A stretch of 57,895 nt of DNA from a virus (lineage: Duplodnaviria > Caudoviricetes), in IMG/VR virus record IMGVR_UViG_3300037508_000466, positions 1-57,895 of that record. The stretch is one strand, 5' to 3'. A program made the translations under genes and the position numbers. This document shows positions 1 through 6,421 of this stretch, one piece after another; within the stretch, counting starts at the first letter, position 1; every line of letters begins with the position of its first letter. The notes beneath the pieces are model-generated. The model was not told the origin of the DNA and made no database searches. It worked only from the letters and a program-made list of their open reading frames with translations.

Positions 1-36
1 AGGCGGTTGGCAATGCCTTGTGTTGATAGTGAATGC

Positions 37-438
37 TCACTCTTCGTCACCTTGCAAGTAATTGTTGTACTTGGCGACCTCAGCAATGAGGACTGATTTG
101 GCTTTTTCAACGATTGATTTAGTCAGACGTTTTACATTGTATTTATCCCGTAGCTTTGACTTGCTTACAAATATGAACCCTACTTGCCCGCTATCCCAAC
201 GGCAATGAAACGGCTCTACATCAAGAGCAATGCCACTGTGTTCGTACATATACACCGGAAGGCATACGGCCAAATCATGTACTTTCTCAAAATACTTTAA
301 CATCTCACCCCACCCCGAAAATTCTTGTGATGATGGCTTGTAGTGTCCAGGCAGGTACTCCCACTTGTCGCCAATATTGTAGCGTCTATGATATAGCACC
401 ATAGAGCCAAGGTTGTCAAATTCTTCTCTTGGATTCAT
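37..438 (-). CDS. conserved phage hypothetical protein (133 aa)
   Basis: ORF with A-rich start; motif LPVYMYEHSG...WDSGQVGFI is familiar from phage early genes; start overlaps the stop of the upstream ORF. Confidence 0.75.
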   Translation of the reverse strand: MNPREEFDNLGSMVLYHRRYNIGDKWEYLPGHYKPSSQEFSGWGEMLKYFEKVHDLAVCLPVYMYEHSGIALDVEPFHCRWDSGQVGFIFVSKSKLRDKYNVKRLTKSIVEKAKSVLIAEVAKYNNYLQGDEE

Positions 439-677
439 AGTTTAGTTAGTTTATATTTTACACCATCAATTTCTACTACGCTTAGCTTTGGTCGGTTGTC
501 CTCTACATTACCATCCGAGTTCTCGAAGTAGATTTCGTTGCCTTCGGAATCGTATTCACGCTTTGACCAATACCCCTTTGAATTTTCAATGTAGATACGT
601 TTATCATTCTTGTTTCGGATTTCCAAAACCCCATTGATTTTGAAATCCCAGTTGATTTGTTGTGCGATTGTTTTCAT
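435..677 (-). CDS. hypothetical protein with Y-x-E-N-S-x-G beta-repeat (80 aa)
   Basis: Internal repeat IYIENSKG/IYFENSDG; start preceded by the 28-nt motif and an A-rich leader. Confidence 0.7.
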   Translation of the reverse strand: MKTIAQQINWDFKINGVLEIRNKNDKRIYIENSKGYWSKREYDSEGNEIYFENSDGNVEDNRPKLSVVEIDGVKYKLTKL

Positions 678-692
678 AGTTTAGTTAGTTTA

Positions 693-752
693 TATTGTTG
701 CCCCGTCGTAGGTGGTAGCGTACCCTTTGTCTTGGTGTAATGTCATTACACC
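693..752 (-). repeat. composite cis-element copy A (palindrome 735-751 + 28-nt motif 698-725)
   Basis: 693-751 matches 3801-3859 at 58 of 59 nt. Confidence 0.95.
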
Positions 753-1628
753 TTAGAATAATTTAATGTGTCGTGAGCCATTGTCAAACTCTCTGCGTAT
801 CTTTTTCATCGTATCGGATAGCCATTCCGCAGCACGTTCAGGTGTACCGAATCGAGCCTTGCTATCAGCCGCAGGCAAGTCAATCACAATCTCATCAGGC
901 GACACACGTATCCAATCACAGAACTCCTCATCATCCACAACATTACCTCTATTTTTCCCTGTCACACTGCCCCCATATGTATGGCTATACTTCTTGCCTG
1001 ATATTTTGTTAAACCCCTCGAACCAAGCAAAGCCAATGCGCCTGAAGAATGATGGATGTGTGACCGCACCAATACGCGGCACATCTACGCTTTCATTGTA
1101 ATCTTTCAACTCAATAGATTGAAGCCCCTTGCCCTCAAATACCATTTCGTTGATTATAGTGGCGGTTATCTTCGTGTCTGCCCAATCGCTAAGCACATCG
1201 CACAGCACAGCAATACACCCGCCGTGATTCAAATACTCTACATTAAAACAGCCTACCGTGTTGCACGAAAATGTAATGTGCATCTTCGGGCGACCTTGCC
1301 CTGTGCCCTCGCTTGACCACCAACACTTCATATCACCCGACAGGTATGTGGGCACATCAAGAGCGTCACCCGTGTATTTGAGCTCATCTTTAGGGCGGTC
1401 ATAGTCAATCATCCCCGCGATTATCTCTCGCTGATTGGCGATTGCCTTCGCATTGTACCCATCGTAGCACCGCTTGACCATAATATTGAAGCTCCTCGCA
1501 TCACCAAAAAAATCACCCCTCCCCAATTCGTGGCTTGACATTTCCTTATTGCCAATTTTAATAGCAGTCTGCACGAACTCCTCGAAGGTCGTGTGTATCT
1601 TAGTTAAATCACCTGTTTCGTACCTCAT
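753..1628 (-). CDS. putative VWA-like partner of MoxR ATPase (291 aa)
   Basis: Overlaps the stop of the upstream AAA+ gene; motifs DVPTYLSG and HPSFFRR; partner role inferred from MoxR/VWA gene pairing. Confidence 0.6.
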   Translation of the reverse strand: MRYETGDLTKIHTTFEEFVQTAIKIGNKEMSSHELGRGDFFGDARSFNIMVKRCYDGYNAKAIANQREIIAGMIDYDRPKDELKYTGDALDVPTYLSGDMKCWWSSEGTGQGRPKMHITFSCNTVGCFNVEYLNHGGCIAVLCDVLSDWADTKITATIINEMVFEGKGLQSIELKDYNESVDVPRIGAVTHPSFFRRIGFAWFEGFNKISGKKYSHTYGGSVTGKNRGNVVDDEEFCDWIRVSPDEIVIDLPAADSKARFGTPERAAEWLSDTMKKIRREFDNGSRHIKLF

Positions 1629-2608
1629 TTTTTAGCAAATTTTTTGTTAGAGATTTCAGCTATATCATCGACCAATCGCCTACGGACATCATCAGCCATC
1701 ATACCCGTTATCGCATAGTCGATTGCCTGAGTTGTCGAATACCCCATATCCACCAATGTGTTAGCGTGTATGCTTTGTCGTGGGCTAATTACAATATCCA
1801 TACCTAACTCTTTGGCTTTGCTACGTATCATCTGCACGATTGTAGTAATGGGTGTATCCCCCGCAACCTTGCGCTCCATAGCATTGTCAATATCCCACGG
1901 AATAGTAACGAACCTGTTGAGCGTACTCGCATCCTGTCGCTGCGCTGCCGCATACTGCTTGCTGCCCCCGCTACCCGTAGTATTCTGGCACGCCACCACA
2001 CGAAAGTCCTCGTGTTTCTTGACTAACTCATTGTTCGGGAATAAGTACGAAGCACCCGCCAACAAGTTATTCAGCGACACGACGACCTCAGTATTTGAGC
2101 GGTCAAATTCATCCAAGCATAGCAACCCGCCAAGCTTGAACGCACGATACATAGCACTCTCATTGTAGTCGCCCTTCGCATCCATATACCCACGCAAATC
2201 CGTGCTCGTCATCTTAGCGTGAAACGACACAGGGTAAAAGTCAAGCCCCAACGCACGGGCACACTGCTCGGCTGCCGTAGACTTGCCCGAACCCGCCTCG
2301 CCTACAAGCGCAACATTTATCCCCGCACCGACCATTTTGATTAAGTGCTCGAAATTCTCGTGCACAATATCCTCCGTGTGCTTAACACCCGACGGACGAA
2401 CCACGTGCACAGTGCGCTGAACGTTAGCTATTGACAGGACGGCATCCTTAAACTCACTCGAACTAACAATCTCGTCAATCGAAAGTGCATCGCCCGACAT
2501 CTCTTCAAGTATCTTAGCGAAGGACGATTGAGTGGCTTCGACGATACTTTTTTGCGTTTGCTCCGTTGCCTTAGCGACAACTTCTGCCCAATCTTGTTTT
2601 ACTCTCAT
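1625..2608 (-). CDS. MoxR/CbbQ/CobS-like AAA+ ATPase
   Basis: Walker A GEAGSGKS, Walker B LLCLDEFD, H-x-x-F-x-x-x-A-x-x-N sensor region, DASTLNRF arginine finger. Confidence 0.9.
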   Translation of the reverse strand: MRVKQDWAEVVAKATEQTQKSIVEATQSSFAKILEEMSGDALSIDEIVSSSEFKDAVLSIANVQRTVHVVRPSGVKHTEDIVHENFEHLIKMVGAGINVALVGEAGSGKSTAAEQCARALGLDFYPVSFHAKMTSTDLRGYMDAKGDYNESAMYRAFKLGGLLCLDEFDRSNTEVVVSLNNLLAGASYLFPNNELVKKHEDFRVVACQNTTGSGGSKQYAAAQRQDASTLNRFVTIPWDIDNAMERKVAGDTPITTIVQMIRSKAKELGMDIVISPRQSIHANTLVDMGYSTTQAIDYAITGMMADDVRRRLVDDIAEISNKKFAKK

Positions 2609-2626
2609 AGAATTTTATTTTATTTT

Positions 2627-2689
2627 TTGCCCCGTCGTAGGTGGTGGCATACCCTGTATTTATTTGCTCAATGTGTAATGTCATTACAC
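2627..2689 (-). repeat. composite cis-element copy B (28-nt motif 2627-2654 + palindrome 2673-2689)
   Basis: GGGTATGCCACCACCTACGACGGGGCAA on minus strand, 18 nt before ATG 2608. Confidence 0.95.
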
Positions 2690-2937
2690 CCTTTCAGATA
2701 CGCATTCTTCAAATCATCTTGGCTGAACCATTGATTAGTCCCTCCACGAAAATCTTTGTAGTCCTTAGCAGTGCGCACTAAGTACGTATCGTTCCCATCG
2801 TGCCACGATATGTAGTATATCTGCCCCGAAGGCGCGGTAAAGAACCCGCTGAAGTACATGTGCCCCTTGCTAATCTTAATCTCCGTGCACCCGCGACCTT
2901 TCAAAGTTTTTTTGATAAATGAAATGTGTTCGTTCAT
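2668..2937 (-). CDS. conserved phage hypothetical protein (89 aa)
   Basis: Motif YYISW...LVRTAKDYKDFRGGTN; coupled to the RadC stop; ends by translating the palindrome (CNDIT). Confidence 0.75.
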   Translation of the reverse strand: MNEHISFIKKTLKGRGCTEIKISKGHMYFSGFFTAPSGQIYYISWHDGNDTYLVRTAKDYKDFRGGTNQWFSQDDLKNAYLKGCNDITH

Positions 2938-3374
2938 AATAAATTGTTTTGAGTGAATGAATAATAGTCTGATTGTGTCAAAATAATGTGGTCTACAACA
3001 TTGCAGTTCATGTATTTCAATACCTCCTTCACGGCATTTGTCATATTCTTGTCCGCATCACTCGCATTGAGCGTACCCGATGGATGATTGTGCACTAATA
3101 GTACATTGGATGCAAGACTATCCACGACGTGCTTACATATTACACGTACATCTGCTACCGTTGATGATACTCCACCCTTGCCGATTAGCGCCCAATGCTT
3201 GGTCTGAAGTGCGTGGTCTAACAACACAATATAGAACGACTCAACTACGTCTATGTCATTGTCGTACAAACTACGTGCGAACTTAGCCGAAACATCAGGG
3301 CTGGTAATTTTAACGGACTTTTTTGAGCCGCCCCTAACGGGCACTGAAACAATTTTTCTTTGTGTTGTTGTCAT
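2934..3374 (-). CDS. radC: RadC-like JAB/MPN domain protein
   Basis: E...HNHPSGxxxxSxxD JAB motif and C-terminal DHIIL...YYSF. Confidence 0.9.
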   Translation of the reverse strand: MTTTQRKIVSVPVRGGSKKSVKITSPDVSAKFARSLYDNDIDVVESFYIVLLDHALQTKHWALIGKGGVSSTVADVRVICKHVVDSLASNVLLVHNHPSGTLNASDADKNMTNAVKEVLKYMNCNVVDHIILTQSDYYSFTQNNLL

Positions 3375-3574
3375 AGTTTTTGATTTGGTGTAATGTCATT
3401 ACACATGAAACAAACTGCGTTATGCGTCCATCCTCCATTGATTTTCTCACTCACAATGTGGCGCAACGCCTGAAACTTTGTGTAGTTGTAGAACCTGCGC
3501 ACCATACACGGGCGCTGCGTCGTGTCAAGCAAGTGTATGCTGAACGACCCATCTCTGTGCTTTACGTATTTCAT
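3371..3574 (-). CDS. hypothetical protein (67 aa, MKYVKHRD...)
   Basis: ATG 3574 overlaps the stop of the upstream ORF (ATGA); the longer track start at 3742 overlaps another gene. Confidence 0.55.
   Translation of the reverse strand: MKYVKHRDGSFSIHLLDTTQRPCMVRRFYNYTKFQALRHIVSEKINGGWTHNAVCFMCNDITPNQKL
3388..3404. repeat. 17-bp palindrome GTGTAATGTCATTACAC
   Basis: Exact copy, 13 nt upstream of the RadC ATG, without the 28-nt motif. Confidence 0.95.
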
Positions 3575-3789
3575 AGACAATGCACTAACGTGGTTACAAT
3601 AAGTCCAATTAAGTGCACTAACAGCACAAGGTTGCGCTGATTTTGTCCGAAATGGTCGGATGCTGAATACACGCACGCAACAGTGAGCGACGCAAACACG
3701 GATACGACAGGAGCGTATGAGGTGTCCGCTAAACACGCCCACAAGCAGGGTATAGCCGTGAGCAAAATGGTGTTGATAAGTTTTAACAT
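3571..3789 (-). CDS. small membrane protein (72 aa)
   Basis: Three hydrophobic segments; start follows the 28-nt motif and A-rich leader. Confidence 0.65.
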   Translation of the reverse strand: MLKLINTILLTAIPCLWACLADTSYAPVVSVFASLTVACVYSASDHFGQNQRNLVLLVHLIGLIVTTLVHCL

Positions 3790-3859
3790 AAGATTTTTTT
3801 TATTGTTGCCCCGTCGTAGGTGGTGGCGTACCCTTTGTCTTGGTGTAATGTCATTACAC
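3785..3859 (-). repeat. composite cis-element copy C (motif 3806-3833 + palindrome 3843-3859)
   Basis: 3785-3833 is identical to 3996-4044 (49 nt). Confidence 0.95.
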
Positions 3860-4000
3860 TACCTCGCATTCAACGTCAATAATGAATTGCTCCCGCGCTC
3901 GAAGCAATTCTTTCTCGTCTATTGTAAACTCTAAGCTAAGCGCAAGCGCCTCCTCGATTTGATTGAGCACCATAAGCTCATCGTAAATGGATTGAAACAT
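3854..4000 (-). CDS. small acidic hypothetical protein (48 aa, MFQSIYDELMVLNQIEEAL...)
   Basis: Manually translated, not in the ORF track; same leader as the 3789 gene; stop TAA lies inside the palindrome. Confidence 0.65.
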   Translation of the reverse strand: MFQSIYDELMVLNQIEEALALSLEFTIDEKELLRAREQFIIDVECEVV

Positions 4001-4016
4001 AAGATTTTTTTTATTG

Positions 4017-4044
4017 TTGCCCCGTCGTAGGTGGTGGCGTACCC
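4017..4044 (-). promoter_or_regulatory. 28-nt pseudoknot-like leader motif, copy D
   Basis: GGGTACGCCACCACCTACGACGGGGCAA, 16 nt before ATG 4000. Confidence 0.8.
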
Positions 4045-4049
4045 GTTGT

Positions 4050-4091
4050 TAAGGGCGGGGGAATCGAACCCCCGCTTGTACCATACCCTTA
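4050..4091 (-). ncRNA. minimal tRNA-like element (acceptor stem + T arm only)
   Basis: TAAGGGT-ATGGTACAAGC-GGGGG-TTCGATT-CCCCC-GCCCTTA: 7-bp stem, 5-bp T stem, canonical T loop. Confidence 0.7.
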
Positions 4092-4094
4092 GTG

Positions 4095-4111
4095 GTGTAA
4101 TGTCATTACAC
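4095..4111. repeat. 17-bp palindrome
   Basis: Exact copy; supplies the last codon and stop (GTG TAA) of the 4106-4735 gene. Confidence 0.95.
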
Positions 4112-4735
4112 CTGCTCCGACTTGTATTGAGCAATCATTACGCCTAATAAGCTGTACGCCTCCTCCAACTCCTCAATCGTGCCCTTATAGTGTTTGGTTT
4201 GATTTGAATCAACTCTGAACGCTATATTACGCTCCGCGCCCTCTTTGATTTCAGGCATCTTTGCGATAAATGTTATGATAGTCTGCGCATCGTACTTGCC
4301 CTCCGCTGCCTCCGCTGCCTCCTCTTCGGTCGCTCCATCCGCTATCGCTTCGCTGAACTTTTTGTTCCACGCTAACAGGCTCATAAGACCGCACTCTCTT
4401 TTTACGTCCTCATCAACCCACGACAAAAATTGTAGTAGTCGGGCATCGTCAATACGCCCCGCACGTATCAACAAATTGTGGTATTTGTTCACCTTTATTT
4501 GAACTTCGGTGAATCCACAATCCATCCAAAATTGTGTTTTCGTGTACTTTTTTGGATCGATATTTCCGACCTCTACACTTTGGGCATAAAAATCGTCGGC
4601 TTTAGCGCATTCCCGTGCGTGGTCGATTAGATAGGAAAACGCTTTGTTCCGCGCTTTTGCGCCCTGTATTTTAAGGGCTTGCGACGACTTACGAACGGCA
4701 ATGGTTACTTCTTTTACTGAAAATTGGGGTAACAT
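4106..4735 (-). CDS. hypothetical protein, first gene of the early unit (209 aa)
   Basis: Long ORF preceded by motif copy E and an A-rich leader. Confidence 0.8.
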   Translation of the reverse strand: MLPQFSVKEVTIAVRKSSQALKIQGAKARNKAFSYLIDHARECAKADDFYAQSVEVGNIDPKKYTKTQFWMDCGFTEVQIKVNKYHNLLIRAGRIDDARLLQFLSWVDEDVKRECGLMSLLAWNKKFSEAIADGATEEEAAEAAEGKYDAQTIITFIAKMPEIKEGAERNIAFRVDSNQTKHYKGTIEELEEAYSLLGVMIAQYKSEQV

Positions 4736-4754
4736 AAAATTGGGTTTATTTTTT

Positions 4755-4804
4755 TTGCCCCGTTACAAGTGGTGGCATACTTAGGTAGTGTAATGACATT
4801 ACAC
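4755..4804 (-). repeat. composite cis-element copy E (variant motif 4755-4782 + palindrome 4788-4804)
   Basis: AAGTATGCCACCACTTGTAACGGGGCAA, with compensatory changes relative to copies A-D. Confidence 0.9.
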
Positions 4805-4811
4805 CACTTCG

Positions 4812-4907
4812 TAAACGGGTGGGGAATCGAACCCCAAAATATTGCTTCGTGTAGGCACGTTCGTGCCGCATTCTTCCGTACACAATATTCCACACCTGCG
4901 CCCGTTC
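4812..4907 (-). ncRNA. tRNA-like RNA with D-loop remnant and branched insert replacing the anticodon loop
   Basis: Acceptor GAACGGG/CCCGTTT, T arm TGGGG-TTCGATT-CCCCA, stem AATATT/AATATT enclosing GTGTA/TACAC and GGCAC-GAAC-GTGCC. Confidence 0.7.
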
Positions 4908-5153
4908 TTTGGTTACGTTATCGTGGTTTGCGTTACGTCTCGGCATTCTCCTATTGGATAGTTTTTTCACGTTTGATCCTATGTACGTATTCGGTTTTAT
5001 ACGTTTGTATCCGTCCTTCAATTCTATCCTCAAGTGCTTGTACGTGCCCTTGCCGCATTGACCACTTTGCACACGATACCCTCCCGATTAAAGCTCCGTT
5101 TTACGCATTTCCATTCTTGCGCTTTCTGTTATTTGTGGCGTTGCCCTATACCC

Positions 5154-5170
5154 GTGTAATGTCATTACAC
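5154..5170. repeat. 17-bp palindrome
   Basis: Exact copy, extends to 19 bp. Confidence 0.95.
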
Positions 5171-5455
5171 GCCCTCCGTATTTGCCGCCTGTTACGTTTA
5201 ACTATCTAACATAGGTTAGACCGCTCCATAACATTCCACACAAGAACTTTCGTGCTTACCTCACGTGCCTGACCTTCGTTCTTCTTTCGTGCGTCTTGCT
5301 TCCAACTTTTAGGACGTGCGCACGGCGTTCGTGCGTACTGCTTGCGCTACCCCGTTCGGTATGTTCGGTACATACCCCTGTCGGTTTTTTCCATTGGTAG
5401 CCTAAAAGTCTGAGAAATGAAATTCTACCCGTTTACGCCCGTTCCCCCGCATATA

Positions 5456-5472
5456 GTGTAATGACATTACAC
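5456..5472. repeat. 17-bp palindrome
   Basis: Exact copy (central A), extends to 19 bp. Confidence 0.95.
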
Positions 5473-5578
5473 TGTATCCGTCCCCGCTCTGTATCAACTG
5501 CTTGCAAGCAAACCAAACAAATACCGCTATTTGTTTCGTCCCTCTTGTTTCGCCCGACCGTCTGTCGTTCCTGAACAA

Positions 5579-5622
5579 TGCAATTATAGTACATTGCCAT
5601 GCCCCAATGCAAGTATTTTTTT
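5579..5622 (-). promoter_or_regulatory. putative strong leftward early promoter
   Basis: Minus strand AAAAAAATAC-TTGCAT-18 nt-TATAATTGC: A-tract, -35-like box and TATAAT/TAnnnTTG hybrid. Confidence 0.55.
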
Positions 5623-5838
5623 CGTAGTACTGAAAAAAATATTAAAAAGTGAGTTTGTAGCGTTTTGAGGCGGATTAACACTGAAAAAAATATTTTTAAC
5701 ACTTGATACAAAGCAATTTAACAAAGGATAAAACACGATATAACAAAGGACGCAACAAAGGAAAAGCGCCGTAACATTAGATGAAGGAAATTAAGCCTAT
5801 ATTCGGACAATTTTGTCCGTTATTATTGCCCACTTAAT

Positions 5839-5919
5839 AGGATATTAAGACCTTTTTATCCGTTATTCCCGTGCGCCATAAGGGCAAAAAGGATATTAAG
5901 ACCTTTTTATCCGTTATTC
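5839..5919. repeat. 30-bp direct repeat AGGATATTAAGACCTTTTTATCCGTTATTC x2
   Basis: Exact copies at 5839-5868 and 5890-5919. Confidence 0.95.
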
Positions 5920-6155
5920 GTTGGTAGGTCTACAATAGTGGACAAAAAAGTCTAAATTTTGGGCAATGTTACAACATTAAGCTACCCCACCCACCCGACA
6001 AGGGGGGTGTTTGCGCACTCGGCACGGCATCGTGATTCGGGGGGATAACCCCCTCCTTCATACCATCTCATGTCCTTCCCCCCTCCGCCTGCCGGACACC
6101 CCCCTAAATATATTAGTAATATATATTACTAATATATTCATGCCCAAACACCCCA

Positions 6156-6200
6156 AAAATCGGCATAAAATCGTCATCAAAATCGTCATAAAATCGGCAT
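6156..6200. repeat. iteron-like tandem repeat AAAATCG(G/T)CAT x4
   Basis: Four adjacent copies and a further copy near 6240-6250. Confidence 0.85.
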
Positions 6201-6421
6201 GAACTAGAACTCTCTCTTCTTGCAACATAGTTGCATAAAAAAATCGTCATATCAACCCGATTTTGAACCGATTTTATGACACTTAACTCTCTGATTATGA
6301 ACAAATTCCAATTTTTTTTAAAATAATGATAAAGTTTAAAAAAAAGAGTTCTACGTATATAGAAATATGGCCAAAAAAAATCGGATTTTCGTCATGGGGT
6401 CTTTTTCCGTATCTTCGCCCT

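Noticed and set aside
4017-4091. HDV-like theta ribozyme following a tRNA
   Set aside because: The motif fits only a simple H-type pseudoknot; I cannot build the nested P1/P1.1/P2/P3/P4 topology or the J4/2 catalytic C
3931-4134. 67-aa minus-strand ORF
   Set aside because: Translates the cis-elements and overlaps the better supported 3854-4000 gene
693-4804. Integron attC cassette array
   Set aside because: No GTTRRRY/RYYYAAC cores and no tyrosine recombinase in the window
4746-5209. ORFs 4746-5072 (-) and 4769-5209 (+)
   Set aside because: They run through the tRNA-like element, palindrome and pseudoknot and lack the A-rich starts used by real genes here
693-5473. CRISPR array or TIGR-like guide array
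   Set aside because: Repeat spacing is irregular (about 250-1900 bp) and mostly filled by intact genes; no cas or Nop-domain gene is recognisable
5985-6105. G-quadruplex
   Set aside because: G-runs are split between strands and separated by long loops; not supportable by eye
6326-6421. N-terminal extension of GroEL
   Set aside because: No chaperonin similarity; covers the promoter-like TATCTTCG
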